A stretch of DNA of 64,000 nucleotides from Phycisphaerae bacterium (GCA_016342495.1 JAEIOG010000012.1:2832-66831); one strand, 5' to 3'; positions 17,229-27,871 are shown, numbered from the stretch's first letter. Numbers and translations are program-made. Notes: generated from the sequence alone by a model not told the origin.

Positions 17229-17480
17229 ATGTTAAATTTAGAAATCAATACCATTGATGATGTGAAACGTTTCTTCACTTATCTAGTGCAAGAGAAACAC
17301 TTGAATTTCCATCCAGATACAGATTTTAATGAGTATCTTGATAGTGACACTGACAAAGCTCTTTTTTCTGCTAAAGAAGCTAAACAAATGAATATTTTAA
17401 TGAATAATAGTTTTATTGTATGCCAAAAATGTAATTGCGACATTTTTCAATATGGAATAGAAGCCCTTATAAGCAAATGA
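17229..17480 (+). CDS. Hypothetical small protein
   Basis: 83 aa. AGAGGA RBS before the ATG. Confidence 0.5.
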   Translation: MLNLEINTIDDVKRFFTYLVQEKHLNFHPDTDFNEYLDSDTDKALFSAKEAKQMNILMNNSFIVCQKCNCDIFQYGIEALISK

Positions 17481-17528
17481 TATTGCCTCACAACCCACCA
17501 TACTTTCTTAGTCAAGTTTATAAATATT

Positions 17529-19088
17529 ATGCCCAACAAAAACAAAGTTAAAATTGTTGACCTATTCGCTGGCCCTGGTGGGCTAGGAGAAGGTTTTTCT
17601 TCGTTTAATGGACTAAATAATCGATTTAGCATTGGCGTATCCATTGAAAAAGATGAATATGCACACAAAACGTTATTATTACGCTCTTTTTATCGCCAAT
17701 TTGACCATCGAAAAGTCCCAGAGGAATATTATAAGTTCATAAAAACAGATAAATTCAGCGATGATGGACTCAAAGAACTACTAAATAACTATCCAATCCA
17801 GGGCCAGGCTGCTCGTGCTGAAACGATATGTCGTGAGTTGGGCAAAGATGATGATGACATATTTAGAGCAATCGACAAGGCTATTGGCGATGATATAAAA
17901 ATGAAAAAACCATGGGTTTTGATTGGAGGTCCGCCATGCCAAGCGTATTCCCTAGTGGGTAGAGCCAGAAATAAAGCAGATAAAAGCTATAGTTTAGATA
18001 ACGATGTTAGAAGTAAGCTTTATGTTGAGTATTTACGTGTAATAGCAAGATATCAGCCAGCCATTTTTGTCATGGAAAATGTCAAAGGTATGCTTTCTGC
18101 TGTTGTTAATGGCGATAGGATAATCAATCAGATCACATCTGACCTGAAAGCCCCATCTAAGGCTGTAATAAACTCTAAGACTTTCGCAGGAAAACGTCAT
18201 AAATACAAGCTATACTCTCTTACAATTAAACACGACCCTGAAGCACCATTTAAGCCTGAAGATTTTATAATTAAAAGTGAGAAATATGGCATTCCTCAAA
18301 GAAGGCATCGGGTAATTATTCTTGGAGTAAGAGAAGATTATGATCCAAATACAATCAGTCTTTTAAAGCTACAGAACAAGGTCTCCGTAAACGATGTTAT
18401 ACGTGATCTAAAACCAGTGTATAGCAGTTTTTCCAAACGAAATGTCAATCTTTCTAATTTGGATAATAGTTTAGCTCAACATAGCAGTTGGAAGAAACTC
18501 TTATGCTCCTTTTTTAGTAATGATGAGATATATGACCCTGACACAAGAGAGCAGATAGGTAAATTTCTGCCAAAACTGCAAAAAGCGAAAAAAAGTCATT
18601 TAAAACCTATACATAACGAGTGGTACAAAAATGACAATCTAAGTGGATATGCTTGTAATCACGAACCCAGAACTCATATTCGTTCTGATTTTTTGAGATA
18701 TTTTTTTGTATGTTGCTATGGCAAAGCACACAAAGCATCACCAAGATTAGATAACTTCCCAAAAGAATTGCTTCCTGCACATAAGAATATTAAAACTAAT
18801 AAATTCATAGATCGTTTTAAGGTTCAGCTTGAGAATGAGCCTTCAACAACCATTACTTCCCATATTTCCAAAGATGGGCATTATTACATACATCCCGACC
18901 CAAGTCAATGTAGAAGCCTTACTGTAAGAGAAGCGGCTAGGCTACAAACTTTTCCAGATGATTATTTCTTCTGTAGTAACAAAACACAACAATACCACCA
19001 AGTTGGCAATGCTGTTCCTCCGCTGTTAGCAAAACAAATAGCTGAAATCGTTTGGAATATATTAATAAAATCAGGCAAAGTAAAATGA
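17529..19088 (+). CDS. dcm: DNA (cytosine-5)-methyltransferase (candidate DrmMII of the adjacent DISARM-like operon)
   Basis: All C5-MTase motifs are visible: I DLFAGPGGLGEGF, IV GGPPCQAYS, VI ENVKGM, VIII QRRHRVIILG, IX-X REAARLQTFPDDY...GNAVPPLLA. Confidence 0.92.
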   Translation: MPNKNKVKIVDLFAGPGGLGEGFSSFNGLNNRFSIGVSIEKDEYAHKTLLLRSFYRQFDHRKVPEEYYKFIKTDKFSDDGLKELLNNYPIQGQAARAETICRELGKDDDDIFRAIDKAIGDDIKMKKPWVLIGGPPCQAYSLVGRARNKADKSYSLDNDVRSKLYVEYLRVIARYQPAIFVMENVKGMLSAVVNGDRIINQITSDLKAPSKAVINSKTFAGKRHKYKLYSLTIKHDPEAPFKPEDFIIKSEKYGIPQRRHRVIILGVREDYDPNTISLLKLQNKVSVNDVIRDLKPVYSSFSKRNVNLSNLDNSLAQHSSWKKLLCSFFSNDEIYDPDTREQIGKFLPKLQKAKKSHLKPIHNEWYKNDNLSGYACNHEPRTHIRSDFLRYFFVCCYGKAHKASPRLDNFPKELLPAHKNIKTNKFIDRFKVQLENEPSTTITSHISKDGHYYIHPDPSQCRSLTVREAARLQTFPDDYFFCSNKTQQYHQVGNAVPPLLAKQIAEIVWNILIKSGKVK

Positions 19089-19495
19089 CTGATACCATAA
19101 GCAAAGAAAAACGAAGCTGGAATATGTCCAGAATTAAAAACAAGGACACTAAGCCTGAGCTTATTGTTCGATCGATACTGCACTGTATGGGATATAGATT
19201 TCGCCTACATAGAAAAGACCTGCCAGGCAAACCCGACATTGTATTACCAAAATATAAAACCGCTATCTTTGTTAATGGCTGCTTTTGGCATAGACATAAA
19301 AATTGCAAATTTGCTTATATGCCTAAAACTAGAAAAGAATTCTGGCAAAAAAAATTCAATGACACAGTCAAACGTGACAAAACTAAAAAAGCCGAACTAA
19401 AAAAGCTCGGCTGGAAGATTATTATTATTTGGGAATGTGAAATTGTTAAGCGGAATATGATAAAAAGCCTCCTGAAAAAAGAATTATGTCAATAA
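19085..19495 (+). CDS. vsr: Very-short-patch repair endonuclease
   Basis: The Vsr pattern starts at the internal ATG: MTDTISKEKRSWNMSRIKNKDTKPELIVRSILHCMGYRFRLHRKDLPGKPDIVLPKYKTAIFVNGCFWHRH. ATG 19085-19087 overlaps the dcm TGA 19086-19088. Confidence 0.88.
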   Translation: MTDTISKEKRSWNMSRIKNKDTKPELIVRSILHCMGYRFRLHRKDLPGKPDIVLPKYKTAIFVNGCFWHRHKNCKFAYMPKTRKEFWQKKFNDTVKRDKTKKAELKKLGWKIIIIWECEIVKRNMIKSLLKKELCQ

Positions 19496-19508
19496 AATGT
19501 TATCCTGA

Positions 19509-21293
19509 TTAATCGTTAAAAAAACCTGCTTCTGGATTGACAAGTGTACCTATTAGTAATCCTCTATCAAGCAATCTATTGCCTTCCTCACAACAGGTTT
19601 CTGGCAATAGCAAACAGGTATGACATGCTGCCAAGTTTGAAGAATCAGACCCCTGACCTTTACTTTCTATACATACTGGATCAGATGAGCACCATCTGGA
19701 ATGATTGATTGCTTTTTTTAAAGTCCTTACTAAATTCTGTGGTTTTCCTTGTTGAACAAGACCTCCCATTGTCCCTTCAGTATCTCCGGCAGCGGTATAA
19801 ATAAGAATACCACTCATTGGTGATCCTCCATTTCTATTACAATAAATTCTTTCACTAAGAGATGAACTTCCATAACCACATTCAAAACTAAGTTGCCTGA
19901 TTAGAATATGGCTTATCGCATGTAGTAAGAAAAATTTATCAGGGAGATTTCTTTTATCTCTGTGCCAACTATCAGCCAAGATAGCTTCCCTTTCCAGCAA
20001 GTATTTAATACGCTTTTGTATTATGGGATTTTCTGACCATTTATCGACCTTTTCATCATTTAGTTTTAAGAAAATACCTTCCCCAAAAGTCCTTACCCCA
20101 GGAAGCCATGATTTCCTTTCTAAAGACAATGAACAAAGCGATTCATGGTCGGTTGTTAATCTTGAAAAACCTCGAAGAACTTTTGTAACTGAAAGTTTTT
20201 TTACCAATACAACATTAGAGAAAATATCAGAGAAAATATCGTATTCTAGAATATTCTGTTCATTTGTTATTAATTTGGATTTGTCAATATTTTCGCATGA
20301 TAACAATTCGTTATATTCATCAAGTCTATAATTAACTTCAATTTGATCGTTTGAGATATCTTTGTCATCAGTATCCAATTCAATTCCGTATAAACGATTT
20401 TCAAATTCTTCTATAAAGGCGACATCAATCCCAGCCCCTTCCATTGAAATTTCTATCACTAGTTTGTCGATAATTCCTTCGGCATTAGCTCTTTCTTTTA
20501 ATTTCTTGACTTTCTCAGTATCATTACAAAATAAATCTATTTTGTGCAGTTCTGATGTTTTTTTGCCCGAAGGTATAAGTATGCTACTAATCACTTCTGG
20601 AAAATATACATTTGAAGCACCTCTTTGCACAATTTTTGGTTTCTTTGCACAAACTTCTTTTCCCTCTGAACCAAGCCAAGGTCTTTCTCCGGTACACTTC
20701 ATTCCAGGCACGCCATTCTGAGAATATGCACTACTGATTCCTGTTTTTTTTCCACAATTAACACACATGACACGAATACCGCTTAACCCTGGGCCATAAG
20801 ATTCGAGTTTTAATTTGGGATTGTCGCAAATATCAGCTTTGTCTAAATCAGAATCCTCACTGGAGATTTTATGCACCCATTCTATCCACGGAAAATCTGA
20901 AATATGGCCATTTTCGCATGCGACAACAAATCGAACAGGAGTAGTATTGCTCCGATCACATTTCCAGCATTTGATTAACCCTTTTTTCTCGTCATACCAA
21001 TTTGCCTTTTGTAATGTTGAGCATGTTTTACATTGATACCACAGAGGGAACCTGATTGATAGTAATGGCAAGTTTGGGCTTTCACCACCATCAATAATTA
21101 CTGGTGGTTGAACAAAATACTTTACGTTCATTCGTTTAGCTAAACGGATATCGTCTATAATTTTATCTTTGCTAGAATATTTCCATTGGTCTAAACCTGC
21201 AAGCATAAGACTTTCTCCTGGAAAGTCTACCATTGCACCAATCCCAAATGTAGTTATAATCTGAGTACGCCTCAAAGGTCTCCAGCGTTTCAT
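19509..21293 (-). CDS. drmB: DUF1998-domain protein (DISARM DrmB-like)
   Basis: 594 aa. C-terminal Cys cluster AACHTCLLLPETCCEEGNRLLDRG is typical of DUF1998/MrfA Zn-binding domains. Additional CxxC pairs (CKTCSTL, CWKCD, CVNCGKK). A 4-nt overlap with the upstream helicase gene. Confidence 0.8.
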   Translation of the reverse strand: MKRWRPLRRTQIITTFGIGAMVDFPGESLMLAGLDQWKYSSKDKIIDDIRLAKRMNVKYFVQPPVIIDGGESPNLPLLSIRFPLWYQCKTCSTLQKANWYDEKKGLIKCWKCDRSNTTPVRFVVACENGHISDFPWIEWVHKISSEDSDLDKADICDNPKLKLESYGPGLSGIRVMCVNCGKKTGISSAYSQNGVPGMKCTGERPWLGSEGKEVCAKKPKIVQRGASNVYFPEVISSILIPSGKKTSELHKIDLFCNDTEKVKKLKERANAEGIIDKLVIEISMEGAGIDVAFIEEFENRLYGIELDTDDKDISNDQIEVNYRLDEYNELLSCENIDKSKLITNEQNILEYDIFSDIFSNVVLVKKLSVTKVLRGFSRLTTDHESLCSLSLERKSWLPGVRTFGEGIFLKLNDEKVDKWSENPIIQKRIKYLLEREAILADSWHRDKRNLPDKFFLLHAISHILIRQLSFECGYGSSSLSERIYCNRNGGSPMSGILIYTAAGDTEGTMGGLVQQGKPQNLVRTLKKAINHSRWCSSDPVCIESKGQGSDSSNLAACHTCLLLPETCCEEGNRLLDRGLLIGTLVNPEAGFFND

Positions 21294-24200
21294 TTTTCCA
21301 CCTCCATGTTATCTAAAACTCTTATTTCAGCTTCATTATCTACACCTCGCATGGAAGTCAAGGTTTGCCATGGTAATACTTTTTCCTCGGAATTATACCC
21401 TGGTGTACACATTAGCCAGTTACTTTCTGCTGATACCATACATCTTCCCCATTCTATTCCATTTGCCTTATTGCACCACATATTATATTTGTCCCAAAAT
21501 GTTTGTCTGAAATATTCCTTATGCTCAGGACATATATTATCACATCTTTCCAGCAACCATTCGCAAAGCTTTTCAGCTTTGTTTCTATTATTTTCATTAG
21601 CTATATCTTCAGGTGAAGACATATCCCACAAATGCCTTGCTGCAATAATGATCAAGGAATGAATCACTCTGTCAATAACAGGTATTGAAAAAGGGGTAAC
21701 ACTGGCAGGTTCGACATATTTATAAAATGAATTATGATATGCTTTAAAATGCTCATAATGAGACCTATCTCTTGGCTTTGAAACTCCATAGTAAGTTACA
21801 ACAAGCCCTGGCGATTTAGAACTTCTTCCAACCCTACTAGTTGCCTGAATATATTCTGAAGTCGTTTTTGGCTGTCCATTTACGAGCATCAACCCAAGTC
21901 TGGACACATCTATTCCTACTGACAGCATATTTGTTGACAGCACAATATTAGCAGTGTCAATTTTTTTGTCATAATTAATTTGGGAATAATCCTGAGACAT
22001 ATCTTTAATTATTTCAGGAATTTTTTCAGCATCAAGTCTACTTGTTAATTCTTTTATATTAAAAATATACCTAGTTTTTTCATCCGTATCAAGACAGTTT
22101 TTATGCCTTTCAACTATATCTCTCATGTGATCTGTTATTTCAGGCCTTATCAATGTCATAGACCTGCCTAGCTCTTTAATGCTATTGAAATACCATACAA
22201 GTGTCCAGTATGGATTTCTAATTGCATCTGAATCAGCATTTTTATCTATTTTGATATTGAAACTACTTTGAAGAATGGAAGCGACAATTCTTCTCAGAAA
22301 AGTAAGCGGTGAAGGTGCTGCTGTTGGTAATACGCCAAGATACAATCTGCCGGAACCTTGCTTTCCAAGATCTTCTTTTGCAAAGAAAGAATCAGATATA
22401 TCTAATCCTTGTGGGGGAAATATTGCTATATTTCTGTTGTACAAACTCCTGCATTGTTCTGCCGCACGACATGTTGTTGCTGTCGATGCGATAATTTTAG
22501 GTTTTCTACCTTTCTTTGAACAAAGCAATTCAATTACCGATTCATAAAGTCCCGCAATTGAACCCAGTGGCCCTGAAATAAGGTGTAATTCATCCTGAAT
22601 AATAAGGTCTGGACCTGGTTTGTTATGTTTCAACCCGAAAATAGCTCCAGCAGCATCATTCCAAGCAAGCATGGCAAACTTATCAACAGTGCCAATAATC
22701 AAAGTGGGAGGTGATTTATATATTTCTTCATCGACTACATGAACAGGAATTTCATTGTTTTTTTTACTAAATGGACATTTGTTTTCAGGACAACTAAAAA
22801 CAATCCCTCTAGTCCTGTTTTTATATCCACATGATTTGACATTCTTGTTATCCAGTTCAGTTCCGCACCATGGGCATGTGAGCAATTGTAACTTATTCCC
22901 GCCTCGTCCGTGTCTCCACTCATTAAATGCGGCTTTAGCCCCATTAATCTTGTTTGGCGAAAGTGATTGCCCGACCCAAAGTCCCAAAGAAAATGGTTCA
23001 TTGCCAAGTATTTCTGATTGCTGATTTCTAATTATTTCACATGCACATATAAGAGATGATGCTCTCTGAAATTGTTGTGCGGTCAGTAATCTTAACGTGT
23101 ATCTCATAAAAACAGAACAGCCAGAGTTGTGTTTATTCAATATACGTCTAACAAATATAGTGAAAGTAGATAAACCTAAATAAGCTTCGGTTTTCCCGCC
23201 ACCAGTAGGAAACCAGATCAGATCAACAATTTCTCTTGAGTGACTATATTTGTTTTCATTTTCCGAAATCATCCCTGGGATAGTCATAAGAATGAAGGCT
23301 AATTGAAAGCATCTCCATCTTCCTGAATTAATATCGGTAGGCTTATAGTCAGGCGGAAAAGGTATCCACGTATCACTCAAGGTTCTTCTGCTATTAGCAC
23401 CTCTATTGTAATGAACCTGTTGCATCAACATTGCCCTGTTCATTAATATAAACGCAGACAAAGCCTCTTTGTTCTTTGATAAAAATGTAATTCCATCAGA
23501 TATTCTTTTTTTACATTTTTCACACTTTTTAATGTTTTTTTCTGCGATTGCAATATATTCTTCTGGGATTTCAGTGGAAAGTTCACTCTTTCTGTGATTG
23601 ATCCATTCCTGATATTTTTCAGGTATTATTTTCAATAAATCGACAATGATATCTCTGTTTTTATCCAGTGACAATTCATACATACTGTATCCATCACCTT
23701 TTTCCTCTCGTGGTAGAACTGGCGAAATCTTGACTGTAGGCATAATGGATGTTTCTATTTCTGTCGCATTACCATCTGCATCTAAAATCCAGTCTGCTGC
23801 ACAACCATGACCGACGGCAAATGATTTCCTCTTCCTGTACAGCATTGATAATTCTTTTTCTTCATCCTCAGAATAATCGTTACTGTCTTGACTATAAACT
23901 TGGAAAAAAGAATTATCTTCAACAATAGAAACACTAAATCCTACTTGAAAAAAACAGTTTTTAGCATCTGAACGACGACTTCCCCCAGTTCCAATATTTT
24001 TGTTCAAAAGAGAAATCGTTACATAAGTTGTTCCACCTTTTGCTTTTCTAATATAGTAATGCACCCCCAGGTTTTCAAACACTGTTTTTTCACCACATAA
24101 GGGATATTTACTGTCTGGATCTTTCTCAATTTTAATAGTTACCGGTGTAATTTTTAATTCATTGTGAATCCATACCGGAACACTTTTGTCGCCTGCATTT

Positions 24201-24610
24201 TCATTAATAACTTTTTCATTTTTTTTCTTATAAATAGAAGCTTGGGGGAAAACCTGTATATTTTTTGTATTATTAGTTACGGCAAATGTCAAACCGATGG
24301 ATGAAGGTAAAATTGTATTGGCTAATTGTATAGAATGATCGAATGAATTGTCTTCAAAGGTAATCTTCCCAGTTGACTTTGGCTCATCAATTTCAGACGC
24401 TCCGCTATCCTCCTGCCTACTCCTAACACTTTCAGCAAGAGTCGCTTCAGTATCCTCTCCACTCAATCCCTGTGGAAAAAGAACTCCTGCCGAATAAAAA
24501 TCTAAAGGTGAAGTCCATGAAAACCGTTCTCCTTTACAAAGCGGTCCAACAGTTTCTTTCTTTATGGATTCTACTAATTTATCACGAAATTCTTTTGTAT
24601 GGTTTGCCAT
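21290..24610 (-). CDS. drmA: Superfamily-2 helicase (DISARM DrmA-like)
   Basis: 1106 aa. Motif I FPTGGGKTEAYLG, II IIQDELHLISGP, III IIASTATT, VI QATSRVGRS. The long N-terminal extension and the pairing with a separate DUF1998 gene match DrmA/DrmB. Confidence 0.82.
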   Translation of the reverse strand: MANHTKEFRDKLVESIKKETVGPLCKGERFSWTSPLDFYSAGVLFPQGLSGEDTEATLAESVRSRQEDSGASEIDEPKSTGKITFEDNSFDHSIQLANTILPSSIGLTFAVTNNTKNIQVFPQASIYKKKNEKVINENAGDKSVPVWIHNELKITPVTIKIEKDPDSKYPLCGEKTVFENLGVHYYIRKAKGGTTYVTISLLNKNIGTGGSRRSDAKNCFFQVGFSVSIVEDNSFFQVYSQDSNDYSEDEEKELSMLYRKRKSFAVGHGCAADWILDADGNATEIETSIMPTVKISPVLPREEKGDGYSMYELSLDKNRDIIVDLLKIIPEKYQEWINHRKSELSTEIPEEYIAIAEKNIKKCEKCKKRISDGITFLSKNKEALSAFILMNRAMLMQQVHYNRGANSRRTLSDTWIPFPPDYKPTDINSGRWRCFQLAFILMTIPGMISENENKYSHSREIVDLIWFPTGGGKTEAYLGLSTFTIFVRRILNKHNSGCSVFMRYTLRLLTAQQFQRASSLICACEIIRNQQSEILGNEPFSLGLWVGQSLSPNKINGAKAAFNEWRHGRGGNKLQLLTCPWCGTELDNKNVKSCGYKNRTRGIVFSCPENKCPFSKKNNEIPVHVVDEEIYKSPPTLIIGTVDKFAMLAWNDAAGAIFGLKHNKPGPDLIIQDELHLISGPLGSIAGLYESVIELLCSKKGRKPKIIASTATTCRAAEQCRSLYNRNIAIFPPQGLDISDSFFAKEDLGKQGSGRLYLGVLPTAAPSPLTFLRRIVASILQSSFNIKIDKNADSDAIRNPYWTLVWYFNSIKELGRSMTLIRPEITDHMRDIVERHKNCLDTDEKTRYIFNIKELTSRLDAEKIPEIIKDMSQDYSQINYDKKIDTANIVLSTNMLSVGIDVSRLGLMLVNGQPKTTSEYIQATSRVGRSSKSPGLVVTYYGVSKPRDRSHYEHFKAYHNSFYKYVEPASVTPFSIPVIDRVIHSLIIIAARHLWDMSSPEDIANENNRNKAEKLCEWLLERCDNICPEHKEYFRQTFWDKYNMWCNKANGIEWGRCMVSAESNWLMCTPGYNSEEKVLPWQTLTSMRGVDNEAEIRVLDNMEVEK

Positions 24611-24613
24611 TTT

Positions 24614-27600
24614 TTAGTTTCCATTTCTATGAATTCTGTCGACAATATTAATGGGAGCTGGAACTGTTATGGAGTCGAAATCATCTACTGTCAACACAAT
24701 CAAAGAATCGTCGATATTTACAATGTCATTGGTGTGACTACTCTCTATGAAACTGTGATATACTTTTCTGGCCAAAGATTTTGACGCTGTTAAATGAGCA
24801 CTCCTCACAAGTCCCATTGCTTCAATGCAATTACTGAAATTATTCCTAAGTTTGTTGCTTGATGTTAATTCAATGACAGCCGTTAAGACTTTTTCTGGCA
24901 TCATTGGAGAGAAAACTTCTTTATGCAACCAATTCGCAATTGTTGCTGTGGTTTTTTTTAGACCATGTTTTTGCAGTTTTTCTTGCAATTCTATAATAGA
25001 ACAATTATTAACTTTTTTGTATTCTAACAATTCCTTTCTCCAGCATGTTGCATGCTCCCGAGCTTGTTTTATAGTGCCAAACTTATCTGAATTATAACTG
25101 TCTGCAATAGTTCTTATGAGATCAGTGTCCGCGCCCGTATGAAATAATAATTTATCTCCAATGACAAGATCGGAAGGTGAAATAATATCTATTTCAGAAT
25201 CTTCTTCATAGGCATGATCACCAATTAAATGGGTCACTCTTTTCGCTCTATAACCATCAGATAACCATGCATAATAACCATTTGAAAATAAGAAAAATAA
25301 AGCATTTACTTTTTCTGCACTATCTCCATTCACATTAAAATCAGATATGCGTTTATGAGCGTTAGTATGGATATAAAAGGTATCATTAGCAGAAAACTCA
25401 TCGATTCGATTTTTATTGCAAGATGGGATATTTCTTTTAGTACTCTTGCCAGTTAAGGTAGAGTAAACACTGAGTCCTTTATCGTTTAATCGAATAGATG
25501 TTTTTGTAGAAAGATATTTCTCGTTTTCCAGCTCATAAAACATTAGTGTAACTGACGAAGAAATCGGAGGAGATATCAATTTATTCATATTACCCTCATT
25601 AAGCCATGCAGGAATCACCAAGTGTTTAATCTCAGGACTTGTGTCAATTTCGTTTATTTTAATAAAATTTCCATTGAAACTCATTTCTTTTGAAATTGAA
25701 TGATCAATGCAACTTTGTTGCAATTCTTCGATATTGGTACTATTACGACAAACAATAGTGCATTTTTCTTTACTCATCAGCTCGAATAACAATTCAGCTT
25801 TTGGATTGTTTTTTGCTAGAGCTGATGATAGGGCTTCCACACTATCCATCACTTCACGCAGAGTAGCTTTCACTTTCGAAAAGCCTGTGATTTCATTAGC
25901 TTCATTATTTACTTGAATTATCGAATTTTGTATTTGTTTTCTCAAAGCAGAATTTAATGAAAATGTCATAACACACTGAAGAAGCTGGTTGTATACTTTC
26001 CACATATCAATAAATAGAGCTTTCGGCAAATCCTCAGCTTCCACAAGCCTTCTAAGTTTCACCAGTGATTCATTACACGCATTAACTGCTAAGTTATGCT
26101 CATAGTTGTGAATTACTGATGTTTTTACATTAGACTTTACTCCCTTGGATATTTTTGACTCTGATTTTCCAATTACGCCATTGCTTTCATTTTGGAATCT
26201 AAAAACTTCAAAAATTTCATTATTGTCCCAAAAAATATTATCAAAACCGTAGTTTTCTAAGTGGATTTTCTTAAGTTTACTCTCTGGCGTAACAGTGATA
26301 ATGCGAATGTCTTCATTAATCAGTTCTTCCAAGCATGAGTCATTATCGCAAATATTCGTTGTTCCTGTATCAATAATAATTAGTTTAATATTTTCCGGAT
26401 TAGCAAAAACAGTGCTGTCAAAAATATTTTCCAAGCTTTCAGTAAATAATAGCGACGGAATTAAATTACCGTAAATATTTCCCCAAGTATATATTTTCCC
26501 CCCCTTTCGTATGATACCTGTAGGAAGAACATTACATATCTTTTTATCAAAGAGCCTGACTCCCTTACAAAACTCTTGACTTTTTTTAGTAACAACTATG
26601 ATATTAAAAGAATATTTATGGAATTGGATTGGGATATCCGTTTGAAGCAACCGATCTATAGGTTCAATTTTTTGTGAATCAAAAGAAGTTACAGACTTAA
26701 TTCTTTCGTTAGATTTAGCTTTTCCAGCAGGCATAATCCGAGCTAGATTTCTAATACTTGCAGGCCATTTTCTCATACAAGCAGATTTTGCAGGTTTAAC
26801 TGAAAAATATGTTTTTCCGTTTAATTCTTCATACCCTCCAAATATCATTACTTGCCCGTTATACTTGATCTTGTCACCTTTTTTATAGTCGTCAAGATTG
26901 ACATTTTCTTCTCTTGGCAAAAGGTTATACTGTGCTAATGTTGCAAGGAGTCCTGTCAAGTGAGGTGTGATACCAGTGCTGGGCAATATCAGGTTTATTC
27001 CCTTTTTATGTTCACCCGAAATCGCATTATTTATAATACCTGAGTTTAATAAAGAATACTCTGAAAGTGCATTGGGATAATCGCAATCATTAAGAATTGT
27101 ATGAGCAAGAAACCCATTTTGCTTTATCACGCAGTTTAATGCTTCAGTAATTTTACATGATTCTGGAAACGCTTTTTGTTCTGCCAGCAGTATTGCGTAC
27201 CTGTCATCAAGAATCCCAACAACTCCTAAATCATTTGGTATAACATCATTTACTTCTATTAGATATGATAAGCCCGCTTTAATCCATTCCATATTGCAGT
27301 CATCTCTATTATTCAAAAGGCAATCAATAAAATGCGTAACAATATTCTTAAATCTCCAGAAAAAACTGGTCTTACTTAAACATTCTATTTCAGAAATATA
27401 TTTTTGGGAATTGCTTATTAGAACATCGTCACAGGGAAATTCGTTTGTATCTATGTACTTTGTCAGCTGTTTTTCGATTTCTTCTTTATGTTTATCTGAC
27501 AGTATTTCGCAATTGTACGTTAAATGATTTCCCAAAATCCCATTTGCTTCTTTAATAGCAATTGAGAGAGCATATTGATCATCGTGTAATCCATCTTCTT

Positions 27601-27871
27601 CGTTATCATCAACTAAATCATCTTCTTTAATTAAGTACAATAACGCTCCTCTTGCGATTACTTTTACTCTTTCATCGCAGTATAATAAATAATAACACAA
27701 CGTGACAGCATCCCTGACTATGATAAACTCAAATCCATTTCTGAATTTTGCTGAATACAGATAATGAGTTACTTCTTTAACAATATCACTATCACTGACA
27801 TATTCGTTATCCAAAAGTTTTTTTTGAATATTTGCTATTTTTTGCTTTTCACTGTATGTAAATGACCGCAT
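24614..27871 (-). CDS. Large protein of unknown function in the DrmE position of a class-2 DISARM operon
   Basis: The track ORF starts at an alternative start codon (TTG) at 27892. The ATG at 27871 is preceded by GGGAGGTG with a 6-nt spacer. No Walker, nuclease or MTase motifs seen. Two DUF1232-like segments (ALLYLIKEDDLVDDNEEDGLHDDQYAL and GLSYLIEVNDVIPNDLGVVGILDDRYAILLA). Only a 3-nt gap to drmA. Confidence 0.6.
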   Translation of the reverse strand: MRSFTYSEKQKIANIQKKLLDNEYVSDSDIVKEVTHYLYSAKFRNGFEFIIVRDAVTLCYYLLYCDERVKVIARGALLYLIKEDDLVDDNEEDGLHDDQYALSIAIKEANGILGNHLTYNCEILSDKHKEEIEKQLTKYIDTNEFPCDDVLISNSQKYISEIECLSKTSFFWRFKNIVTHFIDCLLNNRDDCNMEWIKAGLSYLIEVNDVIPNDLGVVGILDDRYAILLAEQKAFPESCKITEALNCVIKQNGFLAHTILNDCDYPNALSEYSLLNSGIINNAISGEHKKGINLILPSTGITPHLTGLLATLAQYNLLPREENVNLDDYKKGDKIKYNGQVMIFGGYEELNGKTYFSVKPAKSACMRKWPASIRNLARIMPAGKAKSNERIKSVTSFDSQKIEPIDRLLQTDIPIQFHKYSFNIIVVTKKSQEFCKGVRLFDKKICNVLPTGIIRKGGKIYTWGNIYGNLIPSLLFTESLENIFDSTVFANPENIKLIIIDTGTTNICDNDSCLEELINEDIRIITVTPESKLKKIHLENYGFDNIFWDNNEIFEVFRFQNESNGVIGKSESKISKGVKSNVKTSVIHNYEHNLAVNACNESLVKLRRLVEAEDLPKALFIDMWKVYNQLLQCVMTFSLNSALRKQIQNSIIQVNNEANEITGFSKVKATLREVMDSVEALSSALAKNNPKAELLFELMSKEKCTIVCRNSTNIEELQQSCIDHSISKEMSFNGNFIKINEIDTSPEIKHLVIPAWLNEGNMNKLISPPISSSVTLMFYELENEKYLSTKTSIRLNDKGLSVYSTLTGKSTKRNIPSCNKNRIDEFSANDTFYIHTNAHKRISDFNVNGDSAEKVNALFFLFSNGYYAWLSDGYRAKRVTHLIGDHAYEEDSEIDIISPSDLVIGDKLLFHTGADTDLIRTIADSYNSDKFGTIKQAREHATCWRKELLEYKKVNNCSIIELQEKLQKHGLKKTTATIANWLHKEVFSPMMPEKVLTAVIELTSSNKLRNNFSNCIEAMGLVRSAHLTASKSLARKVYHSFIESSHTNDIVNIDDSLIVLTVDDFDSITVPAPINIVDRIHRNGN

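Noticed and set aside
19085-19495. Whether Vsr could substitute for the missing PLD nuclease DrmC.
   Set aside because: Vsr is an unrelated fold with a well-established role repairing T:G mismatches created by 5mC deamination. Its coupling to the C5-MTase explains its presence without invoking a DrmC-like role. The idea is left as an open question only.
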